A stretch of DNA of 64,000 bases from Phoronis australis (lineage: Eukaryota > Animalia > Phoronida), in the NCBI GenBank assembly GCA_002633005.1, contig NMRA01000215.1:134690-198689 (forward strand). The letters are read 5' to 3'. This document shows, one piece after another, positions 25,501 through 35,155 of this stretch. How positions within the stretch are numbered: position 1 is the first letter of the stretch; the number at the start of each line of letters is the position of its first letter. Below the pieces are notes generated by a model. That model was not told the origin of the DNA, ran no database searches, and saw nothing but the letters and a program-made list of their open reading frames with translations. A program made the translations under genes and the position numbers.

Positions 25501-28500
25501 GATGCGCTCTCTAATTCTGGAGGAGCAGATTTAACCCAGACACCATTTTCACTAAACGCAGTTCAGTCGAGCATTGTCGTACACATGAAGTTGTATGCTG
25601 TGATTGTTTTTCATTGAGAATTATGATAACATCGTTCTTGTGTAATGTTTTACCATGGTGTTATGGTACCAGGTTATATCTTACAAATAGTCCATGACTT
25701 ACAGTTTGTGTTAACCAAAACAAAGCTGAGTCGAAGAATACCTAGTATGCTGTTTTAAATGGTTCAAAGTGCAAAGGAATACATTTAGCAAACTTGAACA
25801 AAACAGTTGAAATGGCCAAGAAATAAACATTTTGCAGTTTCATCATTTCTTGCTTGTAAGTAGGCATCCCCTTATAACTCACAGCCTAAGATGCGATTTT
25901 TAGACTTGGTTACTTAACTATAAAAATGGTCTCAAACCTTTCAATGTTGAGAGAAAGAGTGAAAAAAAAATCCTGCAACAGATCTTTTGGGGTGGGGCGT
26001 AACTAGTAAAAGGGTATCGAAAAGCTTGGGGGGTTTTGATGGGGCTTGCCAGTCCTTCCAAAATAGTGCCCCTTGTATTCGGTTCCTCTCACTCCCTCAC
26101 TTTCTGGTGATCACTGAAGCACATTGCCATCATGGCTAGATGATATTCAGTCCTGTTTAGTGGCCTTATTAGGCTATTTCTTGATTTATGTGTTTAGACC
26201 AGAAAGTGGTCATCTTTCACACTAAATTTTAGTGATACTCTTTCTGCTTTATTTCTGTTAAAATTTCATAAAAGGAAATCAATCTAGTTAAAATGTATTT
26301 CCAAATGATGCTCTTTGAGCACATTTTAACAAATGTTCTCAAAATAACCAGAATTAAATACGGAATTTTCAAAATAATTTCGGGTGGTGCACCAACAAAA
26401 TGGCCTCCATAGTTGACCAGCATTGAACTTCACTTTTGATAAATTGCCATAAAATACACTACTACATACAAGACAATAAATTCATTATTTTCTTTGGACT
26501 CAGTTTTCTATCTTTGCATGTGTCTGGGAAGTTAGTGACTCAATGTGTCGTCATCTAACAACTCCCTCTAACTTTTTGCACCCCAATATAACAAGAGCAC
26601 ACACTAGTTGTAGAGTTGGGCCATTGTTTAACACTGTGTCAAATTCACGTTACTTGAACAGGCACTGTTTGGTCTGCTAACAGTAGACAGGGGTGTATGT
26701 AACAGCATTTACTACATGTCACTGGCTCTTCAATGTCTGTTTAATCAAGAATCCACTTTTTTACTAGAATCATGGTTTTTTAGTTGTTTGCTTGTGTTTG
26801 ATTTTCATGTTTTAAAAGTTTTTAGTAGAACTTGTGATATCTGTCTGATGACTTCAGTTGGCTGATGAACATGAAATTGAAAAGATGTAATAATCATGTT
26901 TCTGAAAAAGATTTTCATACCACTGTTTATTTCAAGTAAGTCTTTGATGAGTGTTTATAAAAGCACCCAGTTAAAAAACATCGAAATAGTCCTGCAGAAT
27001 AACATTCAGTGAAGCAACAAACATTTTCACATGCAGTCCAGCAAGTCCGTCAGAAAACCACTCAGTAGTGAGATGCTGAATTGCTCTTACTAGGAGGTCA
27101 TGCTCTCCTGAAATGGCTGCATTTTCAGTGTTTTTAACTAAATTTTTAATTTGAAATTCTGTGTGGGCGAAAAATGTTTTAGCTGGTTTGTCTGTGTGTA
27201 TCGTTTTGAATCTTGCATTTACAGAAGAGAAAAAACAAACTTGCACAGGTACATGTGTACTGAAATTGTTTATGTATGTTAAGAGTCAATAGAATATGGC
27301 TACAAACGCTTAGCTTGTCGTTGTGTTTTTAATGTACTATTTTTATACCTGTGCGTCAGTGTGTTTTAAAAACCCAGGCTTATGTTAAAGGAGACTTTTC
27401 TTTCAACTGCTCGTGATGTCTGTTTTGTAGGCCTACCTATGCCACCCCGGCGGCAGTGTTAGCAAGTGCCCAAGTCAACCGGTCGCAGTCAGTCTTCATA
27501 AAGAATGTCCCGTCGCCCAGTAAGACACTAACGACACCCTCAAAGTCCAAGTCGTCATCCAACTCTCGTATCGCCAGCTTTGCGTCACTTCTGTCGGAAA
27601 GTTCGTCTAGTAGTAGTGACCGTAACAGCAGAGAGGGTCCGCTGATAGAGATTTCCCAAGAGGTGAATACTATAATTTCATTCCTACCAGCCCAGAATCC
27701 CCAGATGCCACCATCACATAGGGGTATGCGTGAATGATTCATTCACGGGTTAGTTTTTCAAAGGAAGACGCGTCGTTTCCCTCTCGGACGTGCGAATTTA
27801 GGAGTCAATCGCTTCAATTACAGTACTTTGCTTCTAAGTGTTCAGCGTAAGTTTATTTTCCAACTTTTTGTGATTAATTCTTTATTTGCTGCCGCTTAAC
27901 ACCGGTTCTCTTGGGGTTCCCCCATCTTCAGGATTCATCCCATCGGTATTTGAACTGAATCTAGCTTTGTTTTTTTACTGTATCATGTGTTCAGGTGGCT
28001 CCATCTAGTGATGAATGTATGGCAGTGCAATATTCAGCCTTCTGACCAGGTCTATGGGAAACAACAAACAAAACATTCACGCAATCGGATTTTATTGCCT
28101 CTGGTTGTGACCCTGAAACATGGGGAAACTCTGAATCGAGAGTCTGAACAAGAGAATAACCAAACTTGTCCCACTTTCAACTGGACGTAACTGTTGACAT
28201 TTGCTCACATTGCAGTTAAGGCCTGCCCGACCCCCGCGACCCGATAGCGATGCCAGAAGGTCGAGGTCAATGAGTGGAACATTCAACAAATCAAACACAT
28301 CGCTGAACAAGTTCTCTGTTTCTGGAGGTGAGATACATGTAACAGATTTGTGTGTTGCTAGATATGCGCGTATTGAGGCACGTGCACATCCAAATTTAGG
28401 TGCACTAAAATCTGACCAATATCAGACAAAAGTAATTGGCAAATTTTTCAAGGGCTAACCTTGTTTTGAATACCCTCATTTTTTCAAAATATTGTCTTTT

Positions 28501-30460
28501 GGTAGCTGTGGTACAGAACAGGACAAAGAACCATTCTGGTATTGTATATGATTTATGAATAAATGAGAAAATATAATTTCACCTGTTCGCCATACATATT
28601 GTGTCAATTTGGTGAAATTTTTTTATGGCGGCATGTATCAATATGTGAAACCTTTGAGTATACTAATTGTTTTGAAATAGGCATTAGTTAAGTAAAATGT
28701 ATGCTTACAGAACTGAATGTGTGCATACATGGCAAGTGTTTAAAGCCAGTATAAACACACTTGGTTATACTACTTACCCTAATGAGGATTTGATTTATTA
28801 GATATCACATGTAAAAATGAAACATTGAAAACTATAAATTGTTAATATTTACAATTATAAATTTAAGTAAAGAAGCACGTGTATGACATTAGAATAACAC
28901 AAAGTGTTTCTTGGGGTGATTCTGGACTTGGAAAGAACTGTTTGATTATTGTTGTTGAGAGCAGGTATTTCAAGTTGGCTTGTCACTACGTGTCATTTTA
29001 GGCGTCAAGCATTGTCTCAAACAATAATGAAGCGTTAATTCTTCTAAGCCCACAAATTAGTCGCTAACAAGATGAGGTCATTTTAAAGACGATGTCTATC
29101 GTCTTTTGTTTATGTAAATCCTATTTGTTGTTTAGAAATTCCTATTAACGACATCGATGCAGACATCAACTCCAACTCTGAAGTTCCGCCGCCACTACCG
29201 GACAAACTAGCCACTGCTGATTACTCAAATTTAGACGATATGGAGGCAGCGCCACCTCTCAAGGCAAGATCCTTCTCACAGCGGTCTCATAAGGACAAGG
29301 TATCTATGGGTTTCTATTCGGTTCTATTCATACAATAACACTCGACTTGTAAGCTGGAACTAGCCGGACCGAGAAACTTTATCTAAGTAAGGCGAATTCT
29401 GACTTTAGTTACCCGAAAGGCTGAGAGTATAAACATCTGATCAACTGCACCGTGAGTCTATCCAAGTTAAGCAAAGGTCCTACTTATCCACGGTTGAGTT
29501 TTATTGTTGTATTGTGTCAGTAACGAGCATCAAATCCCCTACCCGGGATGTGGCTGAGTGTTATTCTAAATCTACTGTTAAATTTATGGTGATAGTGACA
29601 GCCAGGAGAGGTGTGTTAGGTGTCAACACACACACACATGGGTTTGACATCTACCCTTCGTTAATTTATTTTCATTACAGCTAGTCTTCTGTATCTAGGA
29701 TGATGAGTGGAGGGGGCGGGGGTTGAGAGAATTGGTGATGACTGCTGTAGGGAATGGGTCATAATTTGGGGCGGAAAAACGATGATGAACAGGGTAGAGG
29801 GTAGTATTTAAGGTAGTCGGATCTGAAAGTTCGCACCACTCCATTGGTTGGCTACGGACTTGAGACTTGTTTCACTTAAGTGTGATAACTTTACAACATT
29901 TTTACTCAGAGTCTAAATATATATTTATGACAACATTTCTGCCTGGTGTTAAATCCCTGTTTTGATTCTTTGTAAAAAGTATAGTAAAGTTTTGACATAG
30001 TTGTGAAACAGATCTTAAGTTGAATTGTCTGTGGCCATTATGTTATGTCCAGACTTATAGTGTGCCGTGGGGTTAGTCACCAGTGGTATCATCTATTAAA
30101 ATTTATACTCTGTGGTTTGGTTTATAGTACATACCAAAAGTTCATTATCACGGTGATTTTAACATGTGGCCGAGAATGAAGGTAATTAACAGGAATGTTA
30201 TTAAGGTGGCTAAGCCATTCTGTATTTATAATTTTGCCCCTGTAATAATTAGTACCAGTCAGTTTTGCTGTTCACTGACTTAGCCGGTATGAAGGGAAAC
30301 GGTATTTTGTCCGATTACTTATGTCTTGTACTGTATAATCAAATGGTTATTCATGTTTTGTTCACAGCCTGCTCCGCCATTGCCTGTTGCCCAAGCGTCT
30401 GAAGAAGGACCACCGCCACCGCCGCCGAGGAAAACAAGTCGTCCGAGCATGGCCATCTAA
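1435..30460 (+). CDS. DOCK1: Dedicator of cytokinesis 1-like (DOCK180/myoblast city, DOCK-A) Rac GEF; 3' part of the gene covering ARM region, DHR-2 and Pro-rich tail; 5' end lies upstream of the window
   Basis: Thirty GT-AG exons splice in frame: 1435-1535, 2291-2419, 3719-3827, 4688-4758, 5721-5827, 6450-6577, 7237-7332, 8461-8654, 9578-9751, 10753-10883, 11325-11428, 12390-12475, 13438-13594, 14762-14893, 15534-15653, 16102-16191, 16443-16547, 17224-17310, 17851-17905, 18377-18458, 18783-18855, 19847-19933, 20420-20593, 21653-21742, 22939-23070, 23783-23883, 27431-27662, 28216-28327, 29136-29299, 30368-30460 (3516 nt). Peptides closely match DOCK1, e.g. [63 protein letters not shown]...[27 protein letters not shown]. 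Confidence 0.95.
2291..2419 (+). CDS. DOCK1: DOCK1-like exon ([42 protein letters not shown])
   Basis: tag|T...TC|gtaag; phase 2-2; IFKFIxRSR motif. Confidence 0.92.
3719..3827 (+). CDS. DOCK1: DOCK1-like exon ([36 protein letters not shown])
   Basis: cag|T...CAG|gtggg; homologous to DOCK1 LYENKG..F..SLLQLF.SINDMM. Confidence 0.92.
4688..4758 (+). CDS. DOCK1: DOCK1-like exon ([23 protein letters not shown])
   Basis: cag|GGT...AG|gtaat; GAALKYLP motif. Confidence 0.92.
5721..5827 (+). CDS. DOCK1: DOCK1-like exon ([35 protein letters not shown])
   Basis: cag|T...G|gtatg; in frame with neighbouring exons. Confidence 0.9.
5941..6066. mobile_element. Short palindromic MITE family (other copies ~3092-3160, ~21455-21555, ~45215-45290)
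   Basis: CGGATATAACGTGCCCACATCTTGAGAACCAGTT...AACTGGTTCTCAAAATGCGGGCACGTTATATCCG inverted repeat; the GAGAACCAG...CTGGTTCT core recurs in four places. Confidence 0.75.
6450..6577 (+). CDS. DOCK1: DOCK1-like exon ([42 protein letters not shown])
   Basis: cag|AA...TTG|gtcag; CR.ILLPM motif. Confidence 0.9.
7237..7332 (+). CDS. DOCK1: DOCK1-like exon ([32 protein letters not shown])
   Basis: tag|AAT...ATT|gtaag; LRTV..TVI.M.R.S.LI. Confidence 0.9.
7873..8410. mobile_element. Non-autonomous DNA transposon family (Kolobok-like AGGTTATG..GGACC termini); related copies ~5170-5600, ~6687-7115, ~52090-52602 (rc), ~55500-55700 (rc)
   Basis: TIR AGGTTATGTAGGACC / GGTCCTACATAA; shared internal blocks (GGAATTGTTTT..AAA..GTTCCACTTT, GATCACGTGACCC). 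Confidence 0.6.
8172..8312. repeat. 20-bp minisatellite (CTGCATACACGCTAGGCTTC) x7
   Basis: Near-perfect direct tandem copies. Confidence 0.95.
8461..8654 (+). CDS. DOCK1: DOCK1-like exon ([14 protein letters not shown]...[16 protein letters not shown])
   Basis: cag|GGT...AG|gtgag; KNVYPxDW motif. Confidence 0.93.
9578..9751 (+). CDS. DOCK1: DOCK1-like exon (VFLKAL...[34 protein letters not shown])
   Basis: cag|T...AG|gtaaa; QLWNNxFH and LQLE motifs. Confidence 0.93.
10753..10883 (+). CDS. DOCK1: DOCK1-like exon ([43 protein letters not shown])
   Basis: cag|G...G|gtaac; near-identical to DOCK1. Confidence 0.95.
11325..11428 (+). CDS. DOCK1: DOCK1-like exon ([35 protein letters not shown])
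   Basis: tag|AG...CAG|gtgag. Confidence 0.93.
11548..11701 (-). mobile_element. tRNA-derived SINE (CORE/Deu-like central domain)
   Basis: Minus strand reads GTGGCTCAGTGTTAGG (A-box)...GGGTTCATGCCC (B-box)...TGTGCCCTTGAGTAAGGCAC (CORE-like). Confidence 0.65.
12390..12475 (+). CDS. DOCK1: DOCK1-like exon ([28 protein letters not shown])
   Basis: tag|GTT...AT|gtgag; ENEIIT.LD..VEGGRG.EQY. Confidence 0.93.
12748..12997. mobile_element. PIF/Harbinger-like MITE
   Basis: TIR GGGCCCATTCCATGAAAACTGACTT / AAGTCAGTTTCATGGAACGGACCC. Confidence 0.7.
13438..13594 (+). CDS. DOCK1: DOCK1-like exon (MCGLCQGH...[25 protein letters not shown])
   Basis: cag|A...TTG|gtgag. Confidence 0.93.
14762..14893 (+). 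CDS. DOCK1: DOCK1-like exon, DHR-2 lobe A ([44 protein letters not shown])
   Basis: cag|AAT...CGG|gtgag. Confidence 0.94.
15534..15653 (+). CDS. DOCK1: DOCK1-like exon (WSDEPL...[17 protein letters not shown])
   Basis: cag|TGG...GAG|gtatg. Confidence 0.93.
16102..16191 (+). CDS. DOCK1: DOCK1-like exon ([30 protein letters not shown])
   Basis: cag|ATG...CTG|gtacg. Confidence 0.93.
16443..16547 (+). CDS. DOCK1: DOCK1-like exon ([35 protein letters not shown])
   Basis: cag|ACA...CAG|gtaat; RPxPxYF.V.Y.G.GFP.FL. Confidence 0.93.
17224..17310 (+). CDS. DOCK1: DOCK1-like exon ([29 protein letters not shown])
   Basis: cag|AAC...CAG|gtatg; FIYRGK.YER motif. Confidence 0.93.
17851..17905 (+). CDS. 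DOCK1: DOCK1-like exon ([18 protein letters not shown]), followed by a U12-type donor
   Basis: cag|TTT...CAG T|gtatccttt; matches DOCK1 [13 protein letters not shown]. Confidence 0.9.
17906..18376 (+). other. U12-type (minor spliceosome) GT-AG intron
   Basis: 5' site GTATCCTTT. Branch-site-like TTCCTTTAC at 18356-18364, with the A 13 nt before the 3' AG. Splicing restores GQ-F-LQVNAV in frame. Confidence 0.85.
18377..18458 (+). CDS. DOCK1: DOCK1-like exon ([26 protein letters not shown])
   Basis: ccag|TC...AA|gtaag. Confidence 0.88.
18783..18855 (+). CDS. DOCK1: DOCK1-like exon ([24 protein letters not shown])
   Basis: cag|A...ACC|gtaag; NEVQRF..SRP motif. Confidence 0.92.
19584..19818. 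repeat. 21-bp minisatellite (GAGGTGTTCTTGCCATATGGG), about 11 copies
   Basis: Tandem copies, more homogeneous in the centre; explains the periodic ORFs in the track. Confidence 0.95.
19847..19933 (+). CDS. DOCK1: DOCK1-like exon ([29 protein letters not shown])
   Basis: cag|AAC...ACA|gtaag; W.ERT and [11 protein letters not shown]-2 motifs. Confidence 0.94.
20420..20593 (+). CDS. DOCK1: DOCK1-like exon, DHR-2 lobe C with nucleotide-sensor loop ([13 protein letters not shown]...[15 protein letters not shown])
   Basis: cag|TAC...AAG|gtggg; SPLENA and D.AV.GG catalytic motifs. Confidence 0.94.
21653..21742 (+). CDS. DOCK1: DOCK1-like exon ([30 protein letters not shown])
   Basis: cag|GTC...CAG|gttag. 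Confidence 0.9.
22939..23070 (+). CDS. DOCK1: DOCK1-like exon ([44 protein letters not shown])
   Basis: cag|CTG...AAG|gtcag; IHG.K...L.PFH motif. Confidence 0.93.
23783..23883 (+). CDS. DOCK1: DOCK1-like C-terminal exon ([33 protein letters not shown])
   Basis: tag|GTA...GA|gtacgt; phase 0-2 joins 27431 in frame; TMPS resembles DOCK1. Confidence 0.78.
24246..24363. repeat. ~35-bp tandem repeat (GAAGTGTCAYATTTCACATKTACTGTCATGAATT) x3.5
   Basis: Direct tandem copies. Confidence 0.85.
24722..24757 (+). CDS. DOCK1: Candidate 36-nt cassette exon of DOCK1-like gene ([12 protein letters not shown])
   Basis: cag|G GCA...GAG AG|gtacgt; symmetric phase 2-2, open frame; weak pyrimidine tract. Confidence 0.5.
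27431..27662 (+). CDS. DOCK1: DOCK1-like Ser-rich C-terminal exon (PTYATPAAV...GPLIEISQE)
   Basis: tag|G...GAG|gtgaa; open Ser-rich frame; I.ISQE precedes LRP.RP as in DOCK1 ILSETISPLRPQRP. Confidence 0.82.
28216..28327 (+). CDS. DOCK1: DOCK1-like exon ([37 protein letters not shown])
   Basis: cag|TTA...G|gtgag. Confidence 0.85.
29136..29299 (+). CDS. DOCK1: DOCK1-like exon with Crk-SH3-type motif ([18 protein letters not shown]...HKDK)
   Basis: tag|AA...AAG|gtatc; matches DOCK1 VPPPLPLKGSVADYGNL. Confidence 0.88.
29331..29507. mobile_element. Degraded pogo/Tigger-like MITE
   Basis: Ends TACAATAACACTCGA.../...TTGAGTTTTATTGT resemble TA-CAGTAAAACTCG TIRs. Confidence 0.5.
30368..30460 (+). 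CDS. DOCK1: DOCK1-like terminal coding exon ([30 protein letters not shown])
   Basis: cag|CCT...TAA; resembles DOCK1 C-terminus PPPPPPKTTR. Confidence 0.88.
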   Translation, partial: PAPPLPVAQASEEGPPPPPPRKTSRPSMAI

Positions 30461-32381
30461 ATACCATTCACTCCCAGATTTTCACTGCTTGAGACACTGG
30501 TGTGTCATTGCTCTTCACTGCAGAAGTTAAGATTGTGTTAAGGCTCTTCAGTGATGGAGACTGGATTGTCATCAGTATGTTGCCATTGACCTTGTCGTGG
30601 GTAGTGTGTCAAGTCATTTGCCCGATGAATTATGGGAAATTGCTTGTTTTGCAACCAGTCAATCACGTGTCGGCGACAAGAGTTGAATGTCACGTTGGGT
30701 TTTTGGTTGTATTTTGGGCTCACCGCGGCTCAGTTTCAGTTATTCATAACATCGTCAGATGACTGTTAAGTGTTTTTGCAGGTTTGTTCATGTGCAATGA
30801 CTTGTGACATGTGTTTTACCTGGCTGATCTTAAATCACATGCAAAGTACTGATGTTAAGCGAATAGTTATGTTGACAGGAAGTACGTAGGTTGTGTGAAG
30901 CCATATCTTACACACCTTTTTGGTTTGATTGAAAATTCCAATTTATCTAGATTATATCAATACGTCACGAGTGCTGGATACGTTTTTCCATAGGTCATCA
31001 TATTGAGGAAGGACAGTTCAGGTTTTTTTAGATTTACTGAAACTATTAAAGCAGTTATGAACCTGCCTGCCATGACAAAAACTAACTCTTGATTTAGACT
31101 ATTAAAAATTATGAAATTGGTGTCAAATTTTTCCCGAGTCAAATTAGAGGTGATTCCAGGGCTCTGAAAGAACTACAGTTTCGTTGTTGCCTAAGATGAG
31201 GTGGCTTGTCATGGTGTCTTATTTTATGCGCATGAAATGGCATGGCGCCATGACAAGCCAACTTGTCTCGTGGATTACCAAACTGTTGGTTCTTTTGAAG
31301 TCCAGAGTTTGTTTCTTAACTGAGTAGGGAACACGTTTGGATCAACTTTAAAGCACTAGGGGGTCTGAATCAAAAGTTTGTTTTTAGACGGAAATTGGAT
31401 TCACAAGCACTTTAACGGATTGATGGTGCAACTACTCGCTGATGTTCTTTATCTGAGTTTGAATGATTTTTCAGTTTTCTATTGCCAGTAAATATCAGTG
31501 CTGCTTAGCTTTTAAACTCACTCTTATGTAAAGTTCAGCTACTGTTTGCTTGCTTTCTATAAATAGCCCATTGTTGTTGTTGTTCTGTAAAACTGTATTC
31601 AGATTCTAGTGTAGCACTGGGAACATCTTTGGTGTTGATTGGGTTTTAGGAGCCAACTATTTTATTGTTGAAAACAGCCTGTCTGCGTAAAGTGAAACAT
31701 GATGCAAGGAATGAAGTTTCCTCTGCATTTTTGTGTGGTGTAAGTTTTAGACAACTTAGTCAGTAACATTCCACTACTGTATATGCCCCTCTATCCGAAG
31801 TAATAATTTTCAAAAATAATTTTTGCTCAAGTGTTTCACACACGAGTCTGTGCCCCTAAGGTTCACTTAGAAAAGGTTAACTTAGAGGGTCAGGCAGCCA
31901 TTTCTTGTGTTGCTGTATGACTTTTGTTTTAAACTGGGCATAAGCACATCAACATCATGGTTTTGTAACAGTCAACTTTCATCCTTTAGTTGTTTTAAAG
32001 CTTTCTCTTTAGTTTTTTCAGGTGTTTCGCATACAGGCGCATGTGTATAATTTTGGTTAATAGGCATAACTTCATGTATAGTCAGATGAGCTAGAATACT
32101 GCCTCTGTGGCAATTACAGGGGATGAGGCCATCAGAAATTCCAGTGTTCTGAAACATACTTGTGTTCTGGCGTATCTAATTTCAAAACATGCAAGATGTG
32201 GTAGTGTTGGCTTGGCAATCTTACTTGGTCATTTCATGTATAATATAGAATGCAATATTTATATGGATGCAGAGATGCTTTTGAGTATCTGTTCATTTTT
32301 GTTGAAAAAATGAATGTCAAGTAGACAATTTCTTTTATCAATACTTTTTATGAAAACTAAAGCAATAATTGTCATTTTGCA

Positions 32382-32513
32382 ACAGTTGTGTTAATGTTAC
32401 TAAATCCTGGCCACATTGTATACTCACAGCTTTGTTAATGTTACTAAATCCTGGCCGCGCTGTATACTTACAGCTGTGTTAATGTTACTAAATCCTGGCC
32501 ATATTGTATACTT
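32382..32513. repeat. 44-bp tandem repeat x3 in DOCK 3' UTR
   Basis: ACAG.TGTGTTAATGTTACTAAATCCTGGCC....TGTATACT at 32382, 32426 and 32470. Confidence 0.9.
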
Positions 32514-34285
32514 AGTTCATCATTCTACAAATGAGGCAAAATGTAGTTTAAACGGTGAACACTATTTTTGTGTTGTGATGTGTTATTTATTAGCTTAAGC
32601 TTGTAGTTAAGAAGATTAAAGAGTGAAATTAGTACCAACATAGCGACAAACGGTTTTTAAATTGCACGCCTCGTAAGCCTCCAAGATTTCTTCCTACCAA
32701 CCTGTAGAATGGTTGGAGAGCCAGAGTTGCACTTGTCGGGTTGAAGGGGTGCGTTTCCAAGCCCTGTATGAAAAGTTAGGGCAGAGTTTCTTTATTCCAT
32801 TGTTGGCGGAATTACTGGAAACTTAACGATGGTTGTGTCCAAGAATATGCATTTTTAGCTTGCCTCATATTCAGTAGTGTCATTCAGCTTTGTGAAAGTG
32901 TAGTCTTCCAGATATTGCAATACATATTTTGTAAACATGTGAATCACAAGAGTGGTGGGTTATGTTACATTTCACGCGGGTGAAATTACCTTATTCATGA
33001 TTCACCGTACGTAAGAAATACAAAATGACATTCACGGTGACCTGCACTGAAAAAAATTTTCACAGACATACAGGAGAGGTTCTTGTATGGCAAAATGCAG
33101 TTTCGTGGGTCACAAAAAACCTTCTGACCCCTCTCAATAAGTTAAAACATCCAAACGTATTGCTTCTTCCTTCCTTGTATCAGGAAGTTGCATTATCAGA
33201 GTTGGACGATAACGCCGAAGTTTGAAAAATTCCCTAGGGCAATTTTTTTTGCCACTTTGGCGAGACCATACACAGAATTTTTATTATGACAGAAAATTCA
33301 CCATTTCTCCTTACCTGAATGGAGACTTCGTGACAATTGTCGCTTGTGAGTAACTTGCATTATTAAATACACCCAGGCGGCCTAAAACACTGTTTTCACA
33401 ACATCTGTGACTTTCTTTCTCGGAAAACGACGAATAGTTTAAAAACCCATGGAAAATGTCATCGTAAGATAAATTAATTAAACCCTCAATTTTGCTACTA
33501 TGTTGAGACTTCCTGCATGCAGTTGCAGTACTTGCATGGCAACAAAAATCAAGGAATTTCACTATTTTTTTGCTTTGTGGAACAAGAACTCATGAAATGT
33601 ATGTTCTGGAAAATTCTCACGATGTTATGGGAACCATGCCATTGTATTCCATAATTGGTTGAAGTTGTCAACCAAAGTAGTTGTACTGGGTTCTGATGAA
33701 CTATGAATGAAGTCTGCTGTAACCAAATCCATTTGTAAATAGTACTGTGAGTCGGGATTTGCAGCTTGGAGCATTTTAAACAAGTAAACATTATAAACCA
33801 GGTTTGTTGTAACGCAGTTGCATTGAAAGAATTTGCCCACCCATTTCTGACTCTCGTGTATTATCCAATTCCAAGCACAATCAAAATTGTCTAGGCTAGT
33901 GTGCTCTAAGTCATTTCGTTCTAAACGGGCAGTCCCTGGGGTCACTTCTCTATGTAGTTCATTTTGAGGTGCCATAAATCAACCACGATTAAAGAATAGT
34001 GACTGGGTTATGAGTCGCATCTGTGGCCCACTCCCTGCATTTTTCTGTGCGTCAAATACAAGTTTTTTTTATAGCAAGTCTGATTTTGTAGATTAATTAG
34101 CTAGGATAGTGTGTTATATACATACATTAATGGGTATGCATTCTTAATTATGCAAGTTGTGTAATTGTTATTAACATTTTATATCGATTGTATTTTAAAT
34201 GTTGGTGCTACTTTGTATATGGCTTAATTCTGTGTAACTGCTGGCATTGTTATTGTGCATGGTGATTATAAATAACACTGTCATT

Positions 34286-34291
34286 AATAAA
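34286..34291 (+). terminator. Probable poly(A) signal of DOCK1-like gene (3' UTR ~3.8 kb)
   Basis: AATAAA at the end of a long U/UG-rich UTR-like stretch, just before the next gene's promoter. Confidence 0.5.
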
Positions 34292-35100
34292 AATAACATT
34301 ATATGAACTAGCAGGCTAGCTTGTCTATTTCAATATGAAAGAGGAGATGGTGTTTGCACACAATCAGTTACAACAACATATATCCCAGTAAGTCTCTGAT
34401 GGAGGTGTTTTTTCTCTATTGAAAAATGTTATTTTCATTTAAAAATTTCCATCCCTTTTGTTGAAAATGTTGGTTTTATATAGTTGTTTGTTTTAATGTT
34501 ACAAAAGTTTCATTTTGTTAAGGTGCGAGTTATCACTGCAAATGATGGAGGGCATTGTTTAAATCAATAAGTTCTTAATCCAAGAGTCAAGAAGTGAACT
34601 AATTCTGAGGTCTCTCAGTCAGCTTTAAAGTAATGGTGGAACCAAATCAGAACCATGGTATAGTATCCTCTCCAGAACTGACTAAGGCACTCATTCTTGA
34701 CATTTTTTTCTAAAAAAAACAAATAATTTGTGAATACAAAAGAATTGTCTTAGAAAACTATTGTCCTGGGTTAAGACATTATCCAATTCAGTTCACGTAC
34801 TCATCACCCATAATGTCTCACCATCTATTATCTACCGTGACCACCTGCTTTTTCCCCTGACCACTCCTCCGATTCGAGAGCTGTGCCCGAGTGGTTGACT
34901 CATTGTTTGTTTCTGAGGTTACATTTGACCCGGTCAGTCGGTGCTTCCTAATATTCACCCATCAGTGTCGCTATCGGACATAAACAACAATGCTATACTT
35001 TAACGACTCATACCATTTGTTTTTATACTAATATGCCGTTAATTAGGTGTGTGACAGCATCGCAAGGTAAAAGCAGTGGATATAAGTTGGTGATATAAGT

Positions 35101-35155
35101 ACGCATGCGCAATGAACATTTTGCTGCAAGGAGAAAAATGTGAACAAAGATGGCG
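35101..35155 (+). promoter_or_regulatory. PWWP2 promoter-proximal motifs: NRF1-like ACGCATGCGCA and YY1-like AAGATGGCG overlapping the start codon
   Basis: acgcatgcgca at 35101-35111; caaagATGGCG with ATG at 35150. Confidence 0.5.
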
